In this document: piece by piece, positions 31,512-40,497 of the stretch
Layout: the number at the start of each line of letters is the position of its first letter
Position numbering within the stretch: the first letter of the stretch is position 1
Origin: Endomicrobiales bacterium
Lineage (GTDB): Bacteria > Elusimicrobiota > Endomicrobiia > Endomicrobiales > CAWCFT01
Assembly: GCA_963794945.1 (NCBI GenBank)
Contig: CAWCFT010000004.1
Coordinates: 96,001-160,000, forward strand
Direction: 5' to 3'
DNA length: 64,000 nucleotides
Made by a program: the position numbers and the translations under genes
Notes under the pieces: generated by a model
The model's database searches: none
What the model saw: the letters and a program-made list of their open reading frames with translations, nothing else
What the model was told of the DNA's origin: nothing

Positions 31512-31671
31512 ATCATTTCTCCCTGTAAAATCTACTTCGATTTCGGAGGCAAATAATTTTCGCAATTAACCATTCCAGATTTTATCCGGTTACATTTTGT
31601 AACCTGTTCATTACTGCAGCCAATGCCTCTAATTTCAGTTGGTGACAATTTGTCACTGGCTAACTCCCTGA

Positions 31672-32049
31672 TTATTCATCCGCGAAGCTCACGCCCCTAA
31701 GCAGGGTCTTGCGCACGGGGCAGGCTCGTATGGCTGACATTACAGCTTGCTTCTGTTCAGTGGTCAGGTCGCCTTTCAACTCAACCTCATGGTTAAAAAC
31801 AACCTTTTCAGAGCCTGACCTGTCCAGTGTAACCTTGACAACAGCCTGAACCAGCGGAATAGCATGGTTCTTCGCGTACATCATTGCTATAATATTAGCG
31901 CAAGTTGCTAAAGCGGCCTCAAGGAGTTCGTGAGGCCTGAATCCATCACCTCTTCCACCATCATCCCGTGTAGTATCAGCCTGTGCCGAAAGCTGCCCGT
32001 TTGTAAATTGAACCTTGTATGGGGTTGCTTCACTAATTGCCCGTATCAT
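31672..32049 (-). CDS. OsmC/Ohr (YhfA-like) protein
   Basis: GG.G.G.RPHELLEAALATC and ACPV.KTL. Confidence 0.9.
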   Translation of the reverse strand: MIRAISEATPYKVQFTNGQLSAQADTTRDDGGRGDGFRPHELLEAALATCANIIAMMYAKNHAIPLVQAVVKVTLDRSGSEKVVFNHEVELKGDLTTEQKQAVMSAIRACPVRKTLLRGVSFADE

Positions 32050-32156
32050 TGGTTAGCCTCCTTAAGCCGCATTTTGTTGATTTGTTGCAATGCTGCGCCT
32101 ATATAAAACATATATATTATTGATTTTTAGATTGTATTTTGAGTTATCCACAATTT

Positions 32157-32176
32157 GCTCGTCACGCGTGACGAGC
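32157..32176. repeat. Perfect 20-bp palindrome
   Basis: GCTCGTCACGCGTGACGAGC. Confidence 0.8.
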
Positions 32177-32200
32177 TAGCCTTCAAAAACATTACAGAGC

Positions 32201-33214
32201 CTACACTTTCCCCTTAAACACAGTCAGCAGTATCGATCCTATCGAAAGAATAAGCGTAAATATATACATGAGCAGTACCACTTCCCTATGAGTCCAGCCG
32301 AAGCGGAGCAGCCTGTGGTGTATATGGTCTTTGTCCGGCTGCATGAGGCCCATGCCCTGGCGCATCCTGCGGAATATGGATAGGGCAACGTCAAGTATGG
32401 GCAGGGCAACTACCACTATAGGTATAAACAGGGCCATGACAGCAGTACTTTTGAGAGTGCCTATTGTGCTTATGGCGGAGAGCATGAAGCCCAGGAACAG
32501 CGCGCCCGAATCACCCATAAACACCCTGGCCGGGTTAAAGTTATATATCAAAAACCCAAGGCAGGCGCCCATGAGCACCGCGGCCAAAACAGCCGAAAGC
32601 TGAAGCTGTTTTGAAAGGAGCACCATCTTAGTATCGCTCTGTAGGAGCGCCACAACAAAGAACGTTCCGGCCGCTATTGCCACTATGCCTGCCGCAAGAC
32701 CGTCCAGGCCGTCCGCGAGGTTTATAGTGTTCATGAAACCTATTATCCAGAACACCGTAACCATCTGGCCCACTATTATGGGAAACGTTATGAAATGGTC
32801 AAAAAATGGAAGCGCGAGGCCGGTTATACGCACCCCGTAGTCCATCGCGATGTAGGCGGCTATTATCTGAACACAGAACTTAACAGGCGCGAGCACCGAT
32901 TTCTTATCATCCGTAAGCCCCAGAATAAAGACAAGTATTCCGCCAAATATTATGCCCGTGAGCTGTTTGAGCAGTTCGCCGGACTTAAAATCGAGCAGCG
33001 CCCTGAAAGAAGGCATGCAGAAGAAAATCAGGCCCATGGCCACGAAGAACCCGGCGAATATGCCTATACCGCCCCACCTGGGCAACGGCTGGCGGTGGAC
33101 GTTACGCGCCCTGGGGTAGTCAAGAACATCGAATTTTTTGGCGAGAAGTATCGACACCGGAGTGAACACCGCGGTGCCTATCAAGGCGAAAATAAAGGCG
33201 AGGAAATAGATCAT
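32201..33214 (-). CDS. Undecaprenyl-phosphate GlcNAc-1-phosphate transferase (TagO/WecA)
   Basis: P.R..H..P.PRWGG, DD, NLADGLDGL, FMGDSG, DKDHIHH. Confidence 0.92.
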   Translation of the reverse strand: MIYFLAFIFALIGTAVFTPVSILLAKKFDVLDYPRARNVHRQPLPRWGGIGIFAGFFVAMGLIFFCMPSFRALLDFKSGELLKQLTGIIFGGILVFILGLTDDKKSVLAPVKFCVQIIAAYIAMDYGVRITGLALPFFDHFITFPIIVGQMVTVFWIIGFMNTINLADGLDGLAAGIVAIAAGTFFVVALLQSDTKMVLLSKQLQLSAVLAAVLMGACLGFLIYNFNPARVFMGDSGALFLGFMLSAISTIGTLKSTAVMALFIPIVVVALPILDVALSIFRRMRQGMGLMQPDKDHIHHRLLRFGWTHREVVLLMYIFTLILSIGSILLTVFKGKV

Positions 33215-33225
33215 ATATTATTAGA

Positions 33226-33310
33226 GATAAGGGATAAGTGGTAAGGGGTAAGTAAAGTCAAAACCGTGACCGTGTGCTGTTCACTTAACACTTATCCCTT
33301 ACCCCTTATC
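33226..33310. repeat. Periodic palindromic intergenic element, TAAGGGA class
   Basis: GA TAAGGGA TAAGTGG TAAGGGG TAAGT ... ACTTA ACACTTA TCCCTTA CCCCTTA TC. Confidence 0.85.
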
Positions 33311-33322
33311 ACTGGTTTGGTT

Positions 33323-34554
33323 TTAGTACAGTGGAAACTTCTTGCAAAGCGCAAGGACTTCGTTATGTATATTCTTAAGTTCAGCTTCGTTGCCGGAATT
33401 TTTGAAGGCCCGGACTATACAATCGGCTACTTTCTCGATATCAGCTTCTTTAAGGCCGCGGGTTGTAACTGCGGGTGTGCCTATCCTTATGCCTGATGCT
33501 ATTGAAGGCTTCTCCGGGTCGTAAGGTATGGCGTTCTTGTTTACGGTTATGCCGACTTTTTCAAGTATTTCCTGGGCGTCTTTGCCTTTTACTCCAAGAG
33601 GACGAAGGTCAACAAGGAACATGTGGCAGTCCGTTCCACCGGACACAATTTTCAAGCCGCCTTTTTCAAGAGCAGCGGCGAACGCTTTCGCGTTCTTCAT
33701 TACCTGCTGCTGGTACATTTTGAAACCCGGCTGTAAAGCCTCGCCGAACGCCACGGCCTTTGCGGCTATTACGTGCATAAGCGGCCCACCCTGTGTTCCC
33801 GGGAAAACTGCCTTGTCTACCTGCCCGCGTATTTTTCGGCGCACATTATCATGCCGCCGCGCGGCCCTCGAAGGGTCTTATGAGTTGTGGTTGTAGTTAC
33901 ATCCGCGTATTTTATAGGCGAAGGATAAAGCCCGGCCGCAATAAGGCCCGCGTAGTGAGCGACGTCAGCCATGACCAGCGCGCCGACTTTGTCGGCTATG
34001 TTCCTTATCCTCTCCCACTCCCAAACTCTCGAGTAGGCGCTGGCGCCTGTTACTATCATCTTGGGCTTGTGCTCGAGCGCGAGGCGTTCCATCTGGTCGT
34101 AATCTATAACACCCGTGTCCTCTTTAACTGTATAGGGAATGACCTTGTAATTTTTGCCCGAGAAATTCGCGGGACTGCCGTGCGAAAGATGGCCGCCGTG
34201 GGCGAGGCTCATGCCCATTATGGTGTCGCCGACATTTATGAACGCGACAAACGCCGCGATGTTTGCCTGCGCGCCCGAGTGGGGCTGGACGTTTACGTGC
34301 TCCGCGCCAAAGAGTTTCTTGGCCCTGTCGCGCGCGATGTTTTCAGCGATGTCAACAAACTCGCAGCCGCCGTAGTAGCGTTTGCCGGGATACCCTTCCG
34401 CGTATTTGTTCGTGAGGCACGACCCCTGCGCTTCCATTACCGCAAGCGACGTGTGGTTCTCAGAAGCGATAAGCTCCAGCGTATTCTTCTCGCGCTCAAG
34501 CTCTTTCTGGATAACTCCATATATTTCCGGGTCATTCTTTTGCAGAATACTCAT
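33323..34554 (-). CDS. glyA: Serine hydroxymethyltransferase (frame break near 33830)
   Basis: [48 protein letters not shown] 34554 after AGGAG. Confidence 0.96.
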
Positions 34555-34582
34555 TGTTTCGTCTCCTTTATGTAACACTATT

Positions 34583-34704
34583 TCAAATATCAAACATCAA
34601 ATATCAAAAGTGCATCTCAAAATCCAAAATTTTACAACCTGTTTATCGAATTTATTTTTGAATTACTATTTGCCATTTTGATTTTTAATGTTTGATTTTT
34701 GATA
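34583..34704. repeat. Periodic palindromic intergenic element, CAAATAT class
   Basis: CAAATAT CAAACAT CAAATAT CAAAAGT ... ATTTTG ATTTTTA ATGTTTG ATTTTTG ATAT. Confidence 0.85.
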
Positions 34705-35334
34705 TTAACAAATGCACTTTAAGATGTCTTTTTTGCTGATACACCCTTCCCTTATAACGGTTCCGTGAAAATGTGTCACATCGACTACGGTTGATTCTTT
34801 GCCCAGGCCGCACTTGCCGCAATCGATTATAAGGTCAACCTTCCCCTTCATGTACTTTAAGGCCTCGTCTCCGCTCTTGGCGCTTGGCTTTCCCGAAGGA
34901 TTGACGCTCGTTGTCATTATCGGGAAACCGCAGTGTTTGAGGAGCCCAAGGACTATCTTCGAATCCGGTATCCTAACACCTATATCCGACCTGCCGCCCG
35001 AAACCATCTTTCCCAGCTCGGTTGTGGAAAGAACTACAGTCAGCGGGCCCGGCCAGAACTTTTTTATAAGCTTCCCCGATGGTTCCGGTATGTGCGCCAG
35101 GCTCTTTAGCGAATCAATATCCGGGGGCATGAGTATGAGCGGTTTACGAAAACTGCGCCCCTTGATCGAATAAATCTTTTTCTGCGCTTCCGCCGAAAAT
35201 ACTCCCGCCGCAAGCCCGTAAACCGTGTCCGTGGGTATTACTACGACACCGCCGGATTTTAGTACTTCTGCCGCAAGTTTAAGCTTACTGATATCAGGCC
35301 TATTTTTTTCGAGCTTAAGAATTACTGTTTTCAT
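34705..35334 (-). CDS. tsaC: L-threonylcarbamoyladenylate synthase (Sua5/TsaC)
   Basis: PTDTVYGL, KGR, FWPGPLT, TSVNPSG, STVVD. Confidence 0.93.
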   Translation of the reverse strand: MKTVILKLEKNRPDISKLKLAAEVLKSGGVVVIPTDTVYGLAAGVFSAEAQKKIYSIKGRSFRKPLILMPPDIDSLKSLAHIPEPSGKLIKKFWPGPLTVVLSTTELGKMVSGGRSDIGVRIPDSKIVLGLLKHCGFPIMTTSVNPSGKPSAKSGDEALKYMKGKVDLIIDCGKCGLGKESTVVDVTHFHGTVIREGCISKKDILKCIC

Positions 35335-35343
35335 AGTAATATT

Positions 35344-35428
35344 TCAAAAATCAAATATCAAAAATCAAATATATAACCGGCATTTTTTGATTTATTGAAG
35401 TATATTTGACATTTGATTCTTGATATTT
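35344..35428. repeat. Periodic palindromic intergenic element, CAAATAT class
   Basis: CAAAAAT CAAATAT CAAAAAT CAAATAT ... ATATTTG ACATTTG ATTCTTG ATATTT. Confidence 0.88.
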
Positions 35429-35430
35429 AT

Positions 35431-36636
35431 TTAGCTCCTATACGACGCGTTTATCTTCACGTAATCTAACGAGAAATCGCAGGTGTAATACGTGTCTTCG
35501 CTTTTCCCCTGCTTGAGATCAAGCGTTATATTTACTACTTTTTGCTGCAATACTTTTTTTGCTTTAGGCTCGGAAAAATCGGCCGGCATACCGTTCCTAA
35601 AAACAAGAATGTCGCCTATAAAGATATCCGTCCTATCCGGGTTGAACTTTACGCCAGCCCGTCCTGCTGCGGCGATTATCCTTCCCCAGTTGGCGTCGTT
35701 ACCGAACATCGCTGTTTTTACAAGGGGCGAGGTTGCGACAGTCTCCGCTATCTTTTTAGCTGCCGCGGCATTTGCGGCGTTCTTAACCTTTATCTCGACA
35801 AGCTTTGTCGCGCCCTCACCGTCAGCCGCCATCATCCTGGCGAGCTCAACGCAGATGTATTCCACGGCCTCCGAGAATATTTTATGGTCGGGCGTGCCCT
35901 TCTTTATTTTTCTGTTGACAGCCACACCGTTGGCAAGCATGAGCACGGTATCGTTGGTAGATGTGTCGCCGTCAACTGAAACCCGGTTGAATGACTTCTC
36001 AACCGCCCCTTCAAGCGAAGTTTGAAGCACGTTCCTGTCAGCCAAAACGTCCGTAAGAATGAAAGCGAACATTGTAGCGTGCGGGCTTTTAAGCGCCGGG
36101 TGCATCATGCCCGATCCTTTTGATATGCCCCATACCACTACCGGTTTGCCGCCGACAAATATTTTTTTCGACACTATTTTTGGTTTTGTATCGGTTGTCA
36201 TTATGGCCCTGGCGGCAGCGTGCTCGTCCGACCTACCAGCCATGACCTTTAGCGCGAGGGTATCTATGCCCTTGATCACATTGACCATGGGAAGGAACTG
36301 TCCGATGACACCGGTAGAGGCGACCAGTGTTTCTTCCGGCCTTATGCCAAGCTCCTCGGCCACAAGAGAGCACTCGAACTCGGCGTCCATCATCCCTCTC
36401 TTGCCTGTCGAACAGTTAGCTCCGCCGGAGTTGGCGATTATCACCTTCGCCGTTCCCGCGGACTTTTTCAGATTTTTCATGCTGACCATGACGGGCGCGG
36501 CCTTGACAAGGTTTGAAGTGAACATTCCGGCACAGGCGCACAGCGTATCTGAACAAAATATCGCTATGTCGTTCTTGTCCCTGTTCTTATATATCCCGCT
36601 CTTTACACCGTTAACCAGAAATCCTTTAGGTAGCAT
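35431..36636 (-). CDS. argJ: Ornithine acetyltransferase / N-acetylglutamate synthase
   Basis: STGVIG, IMTTD, KGSGM..P..ATM, DGDTSTND, DGEGATK, NWGRI. Confidence 0.96.
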   Translation of the reverse strand: MLPKGFLVNGVKSGIYKNRDKNDIAIFCSDTLCACAGMFTSNLVKAAPVMVSMKNLKKSAGTAKVIIANSGGANCSTGKRGMMDAEFECSLVAEELGIRPEETLVASTGVIGQFLPMVNVIKGIDTLALKVMAGRSDEHAAARAIMTTDTKPKIVSKKIFVGGKPVVVWGISKGSGMMHPALKSPHATMFAFILTDVLADRNVLQTSLEGAVEKSFNRVSVDGDTSTNDTVLMLANGVAVNRKIKKGTPDHKIFSEAVEYICVELARMMAADGEGATKLVEIKVKNAANAAAAKKIAETVATSPLVKTAMFGNDANWGRIIAAAGRAGVKFNPDRTDIFIGDILVFRNGMPADFSEPKAKKVLQQKVVNITLDLKQGKSEDTYYTCDFSLDYVKINASYRS

Positions 36637-36651
36637 ATATCCTCTTTTTTA

Positions 36652-37686
36652 TTATATCAAACCATCTTTTTCGTCGAAGCCGAACATTATGTTCATGTTC
36701 TGCACCGCTACACCCGATGCGCCCTTGCCCAGGTTGTCTATGGCCGAAATAAAAATAAACCTATTGGTCCTCTCATCGAGTTTGACGCTTATATCGCAAA
36801 AGTTCGTTTTCACGACATTTTTTATATCCGGTATCTTTCCTTCCGGCAGGACTCTTACGAAAGGTTCATTCTTATAGTACTCTTCGTATATTTTCTGCAC
36901 TTCAGCAACGTGGATCTTTCTTGACGGGGTCGCATAAATAGTTGAGAGCATACCCCGTTCAACAGGTATAAGATGCGGAGTAAATGTCAGGGTTATTTTC
37001 TTTCCCGCGGCTTTCGAAAGCTCCTGCTCTATCTCGGGTATGTGCCTGTGCGCGCCGCCGATATTGTAGGGCCTGAAATTGAGGCTTTCGTTCTTGAAGA
37101 ATTCCTCGGTCGGCTTTCTGCCGGCTCCGGAAACGCCGCTTTTAGAATCTATTATTATGGAGGATGTGTCTATCAATCCGCTCTTTATGGCCGGCAAAAG
37201 GCCGAGTATAGCGGTTGTCGGGTAACAGCCCGGATTCGCGATCAGTGCGGCGTTCTTTATCTCTTTCCTGTAAACTTCCGGCAGGCCGTAAACGGCTTTG
37301 GCAAGCAGAGGCGCGGCCGTGTGTTTGGCCCCGTACCATTTTTCGTATATGGCTCCGTCGTTGAGCCTGAAGTCCGCAGACAAGTCAATCACCTTCTTGC
37401 CTGACTTCAAAAGCTCTGGCACTATTTCGAACGAGACCCTGTGCGGAAGCGCGAGGAATATCACGTCGGCTTTCTCCGAAACTGTTTTGGCATCGAAAGG
37501 AACGCAGGTCAAACCAGCCGCTTCCGGCAAATGCGGATAGATGTCTTTCAAAGGTTTTGTTTCGGAGGAAGACCTGCCCGCTATGACTGAAACCTTGGAG
37601 TTCTTGTGTTTGAAAAGTATTTTCAGGAGCTCTTCGCCAGTGTACCCGGTTATTCCTACTATTGCGGCGTTAATCATTTTGTTCAT
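36652..37686 (-). CDS. argC: N-acetyl-gamma-glutamyl-phosphate reductase
   Basis: GITGYTG, DLSADFR, NPGCYPT, SGVSGAG, HRH.PE, DNLGKGA. Confidence 0.96.
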   Translation of the reverse strand: MNKMINAAIVGITGYTGEELLKILFKHKNSKVSVIAGRSSSETKPLKDIYPHLPEAAGLTCVPFDAKTVSEKADVIFLALPHRVSFEIVPELLKSGKKVIDLSADFRLNDGAIYEKWYGAKHTAAPLLAKAVYGLPEVYRKEIKNAALIANPGCYPTTAILGLLPAIKSGLIDTSSIIIDSKSGVSGAGRKPTEEFFKNESLNFRPYNIGGAHRHIPEIEQELSKAAGKKITLTFTPHLIPVERGMLSTIYATPSRKIHVAEVQKIYEEYYKNEPFVRVLPEGKIPDIKNVVKTNFCDISVKLDERTNRFIFISAIDNLGKGASGVAVQNMNIMFGFDEKDGLI

Positions 37687-38389
37687 CCTCTTGTTCAGCG
37701 TTCCCGGTATTGTCCGCGCAGTTTAACAGCACCACGAACTCGCCCAAAGGCTCTTTCGCGGCTAATGCCTGGTTTATCTCATCAAGCGTGCCCCGGGTGA
37801 ATTCCTCGAATTTCTTTGTAAGCTCCCGCGCCAGCACTACACGGGCCGTGCCGGGAAATATCTCGGCGCAAGACGCCATCGTTTTCCTTATCCTATGAGG
37901 CGACTCGTAGAATATTACTGTGAAACCCGACGCGGTTGCAGCGGCGAGCTCTTTTTTCATCTTGCCGGTCTTTTTCCTTAAAAAACCAAGGAACACAAAA
38001 CCGTGCGTCGGAAGTCCCGACGCCACAAGCGCCGTGAGAGCCGCGTTAGCGCCCGGAAGCGGAACAACGTTCACGCCGGCCTTTATCGCTTCATCTATTA
38101 AAAAAAACCCTGGGTCAGAAATTCCCGGGGTGCCGGAATCCGAAACGAGAGCAAGGTTCTTGCCGGAGAGGAGGTCCCTGACTATCCCCGGGATGCGCCG
38201 CTCCTGGTTATACGTATAAAAGCTCAACAGCGGTTTTTTTATTTCAAAGTGGTTGAGGAGTTTGACCGTCTGGCGCGTGTCCTCGCACAATATCGTGTCA
38301 ACTTCTTTTAATATTCTAAGCGCCCTCAAGGTAATATCTTCAAGGTTCCCTATAGGCGTAGGCACTAAGTAAAGTGTTCCATTAAGCAT
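37670..38389 (-). CDS. rsmI: 16S rRNA C1402 2'-O-methyltransferase
   Basis: PTPIGNLEDIT, CEDTR, DSGTPGISDPG, YESPHR, RELTK. Confidence 0.96.
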   Translation of the reverse strand: MLNGTLYLVPTPIGNLEDITLRALRILKEVDTILCEDTRQTVKLLNHFEIKKPLLSFYTYNQERRIPGIVRDLLSGKNLALVSDSGTPGISDPGFFLIDEAIKAGVNVVPLPGANAALTALVASGLPTHGFVFLGFLRKKTGKMKKELAAATASGFTVIFYESPHRIRKTMASCAEIFPGTARVVLARELTKKFEEFTRGTLDEINQALAAKEPLGEFVVLLNCADNTGNAEQEDEQND

Positions 38390-38399
38390 AGTTTGTCAA

Positions 38400-38497
38400 T
38401 CAAATATTAAATATCAAAAATCAAAATTTAGGTGTTCGCTTCCGCGAATTAATTAAATAAATCACAGAGCCAAACATTATTTTTGATTTTTGATTTT
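38400..38497. repeat. Periodic palindromic intergenic element, CAAATAT class, core related to 21192-21300
   Basis: CAAATAT TAAATAT CAAAAAT CAAAATT TAGGTGTTCGCTTCCGCGAA..TTAAATAA..ACATTA TTTTTG ATTTTTG. Confidence 0.85.
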
Positions 38498-38506
38498 ATA
38501 TTTTTT

Positions 38507-39793
38507 TTATGAATTTGAGGCTTTGGTCAGCTGGTCGCCGTCGCGCTTGGCCTTTGCTTCCTCTTCTTCTATCAGGATGCTGAGGAACGCTGTAACAACT
38601 TTTTCATCGAACTGCGTGCCGATGCCTTTATTAAGTTCTTCTATGGCTATCTGTTTAGAAAGAGCCTTGCGGTACGGCCTGTCGGAGGTTATCGCGTCGT
38701 AAGCGTCTATAACGGCGACTATCCTCGCGCCGAGCGGTATCTCTTCTCCTACGAGCCCCTCGGGGTACCCCTGCCCGTTGAACCACTCCTGGTGGTAGAG
38801 CACCATCGGAGCGACGGGCGAGAGGAATGCCACCGGCGCGATTATGCGGTTGCCTATCGCCGGATGTTTTCTGATTATCTCACGCTCTTCATCGGTGAGC
38901 TTGCCCGCCTTGTGAAGTATGGTCTCATCTATTCCTATCTTGCCTATGTCATGCATCAGCGCCGCGTATTCTATGTGGCGTATCATCGCCTCGGGCAGCA
39001 TTAGCTTCTTGCCTATGAGCCTCGCGTACTTGCGCGCGCGGTCAGCGTGCTCGTGCGTGTAAGAGTCTTTCGCGTCTATCGCGCGGGCGAGCGTCTGCAC
39101 CATCTCTAGGTAGAAGTTCTGCAAGTTGTCGTAAAGCTCGATATTCTCCAGCGTTATCGCGGCCTGGTCCGCAAGTATGGTCAGCAGCCTTACGTCCCTC
39201 TCTTCAAATATACGCTGCTTCTCGGGTGAGTTGACGTTAAGCACGCCTATTATGCGGCTCTTGACCCGCAGAGGAACGGATATAAAAGATTTTGAACTAT
39301 AATGGGCGCCGTTGTTGCGCATGAACCTGGCGTCAGTTTCAATGTCTTCAACGAATATGGCTTTGCCCGTCTGGGCGACCCTGCCGGCAACGCCTTCGCC
39401 GATCCTCAGCCTTGTTGAGAGCACCACTTCTTCGGGCAGGCCGCGCGAGGCGGCGATGGTCAGCTCGCTCGTTTCGTAATTGATCAGCATCAGCGAGCCA
39501 GCGTCCGACTTTATAAGTTTGCAGGCTGAATCTATTACCGACTGCGTGAGCTCTTCTTTCGATATTATACCGGTAGCGGTCATGCCGAACTCGTGGATAC
39601 CAACTAGCATAACTATCAGGTTATCGATATCGGCGATGTGTTCGGCGAGCCTGCCCTGCGTGTCTTTGAGCCTTTTCGAGTATTTCAGGTCCTGGTCGTA
39701 TATACGGCGGTTCTGGCGTTTAATAAATAGCCACACCGCTACAAGCACCATAACCAGAAAAAGAAGAAGTATTTCCTCAACTCTCAGGACCAT
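38507..39793 (-). CDS. Membrane-anchored GAF + HD-GYP phosphodiesterase
   Basis: N-terminal TM, GAF (GEGVAGRVA, SVPL), MHDIGK, HQE..NG.GYP, DAYDAITSDRPYR. Confidence 0.92.
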   Translation of the reverse strand: MVLRVEEILLLFLVMVLVAVWLFIKRQNRRIYDQDLKYSKRLKDTQGRLAEHIADIDNLIVMLVGIHEFGMTATGIISKEELTQSVIDSACKLIKSDAGSLMLINYETSELTIAASRGLPEEVVLSTRLRIGEGVAGRVAQTGKAIFVEDIETDARFMRNNGAHYSSKSFISVPLRVKSRIIGVLNVNSPEKQRIFEERDVRLLTILADQAAITLENIELYDNLQNFYLEMVQTLARAIDAKDSYTHEHADRARKYARLIGKKLMLPEAMIRHIEYAALMHDIGKIGIDETILHKAGKLTDEEREIIRKHPAIGNRIIAPVAFLSPVAPMVLYHQEWFNGQGYPEGLVGEEIPLGARIVAVIDAYDAITSDRPYRKALSKQIAIEELNKGIGTQFDEKVVTAFLSILIEEEEAKAKRDGDQLTKASNS

Positions 39794-39796
39794 AGC

Positions 39797-40378
39797 TTAA
39801 ATTTTCCTGTACCTTCTGAATTTTTTTATTTCGCTCTCGGATTTAGGTATTATAAGGACAAGCCTTGTGCGGAGAACATCAAAATCGGGTATTTTTTTCT
39901 CGTTCGCCCGCCAGATAATGGGCCACATGGAACCCCTTCCGTAGTGCTTTTTCATCTTAGCTATCTTCCAGAGGGTGTCCCTGCGTTTTACGGTATATTT
40001 CAAAGTCACAAGCTTTGCCGTTTTCAGCTCTTCAATTGACTGGCTGGCCAGCGCTTCCGCTTCTCCATATTTTTCAAGGAGCATCAACTCTTTGGCCTTG
40101 TGCAGAGTAGCCTGGCCTACCGAAACATCTTTGCCTTCCTGACTGCCCTTTGTCCAGAAAGCCCCGGCTACCGCGATCGTTTTTACCGCCGAAGCCTTCT
40201 TCTGCTCGCGCTCAGCCTTTAAGCGAGCGATCTCCTCTTCTTTCTTTATCTGTTCCTGCCTTTGTTCTTCTATCGCGGCTATCTCTCTTTTTCTTTCCTG
40301 CTGGTACTGGTATGCAAAAAAACAAGCGAGCGTTATCACTAACGAGAAGAGGATCAAATGCAGTTTCGTAATTCTCAT
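39797..40378 (-). CDS. Membrane-anchored coiled-coil + LysM protein
   Basis: YTVKRRDTLWKIA..YG..W..IW.AN..L.IP. Confidence 0.85.
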   Translation of the reverse strand: MRITKLHLILFSLVITLACFFAYQYQQERKREIAAIEEQRQEQIKKEEEIARLKAEREQKKASAVKTIAVAGAFWTKGSQEGKDVSVGQATLHKAKELMLLEKYGEAEALASQSIEELKTAKLVTLKYTVKRRDTLWKIAKMKKHYGRGSMWPIIWRANEKKIPDFDVLRTRLVLIIPKSESEIKKFRRYRKI

Positions 40379-40497
40379 CCCTTCAAAAACCTCGCTGTTT
40401 TATTCATTGGAGACATGACTATTCTAGTTCTTACGCGCGGCTCCGCCGCTTTTTATCCTCTTCTGCCGGGGTTTTGAACCAAGCTCCCCGCAGGAAC

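Noticed and set aside
32144..32152. TTATCCACA DnaA box as oriC
   Set aside because: Only one box was seen, with no cluster and no dnaA, dnaN or gidA context.
30640..32200. Integron cassette array
   Set aside because: No integrase is present and no convincing attC with RYYYAAC/GTTRRRY ends was found.
34555..34593. N-terminal extensions in the ORF track (glyA, cmk, ddl, cysS, 60817-61128)
   Set aside because: The upstream alternative starts run into repeats or the preceding gene. Downstream ATGs fit conserved N-termini better.
33226..35428. Heptamer repeats as a CRISPR array
   Set aside because: There are no 23-50 bp direct repeats with unique spacers and no cas genes.
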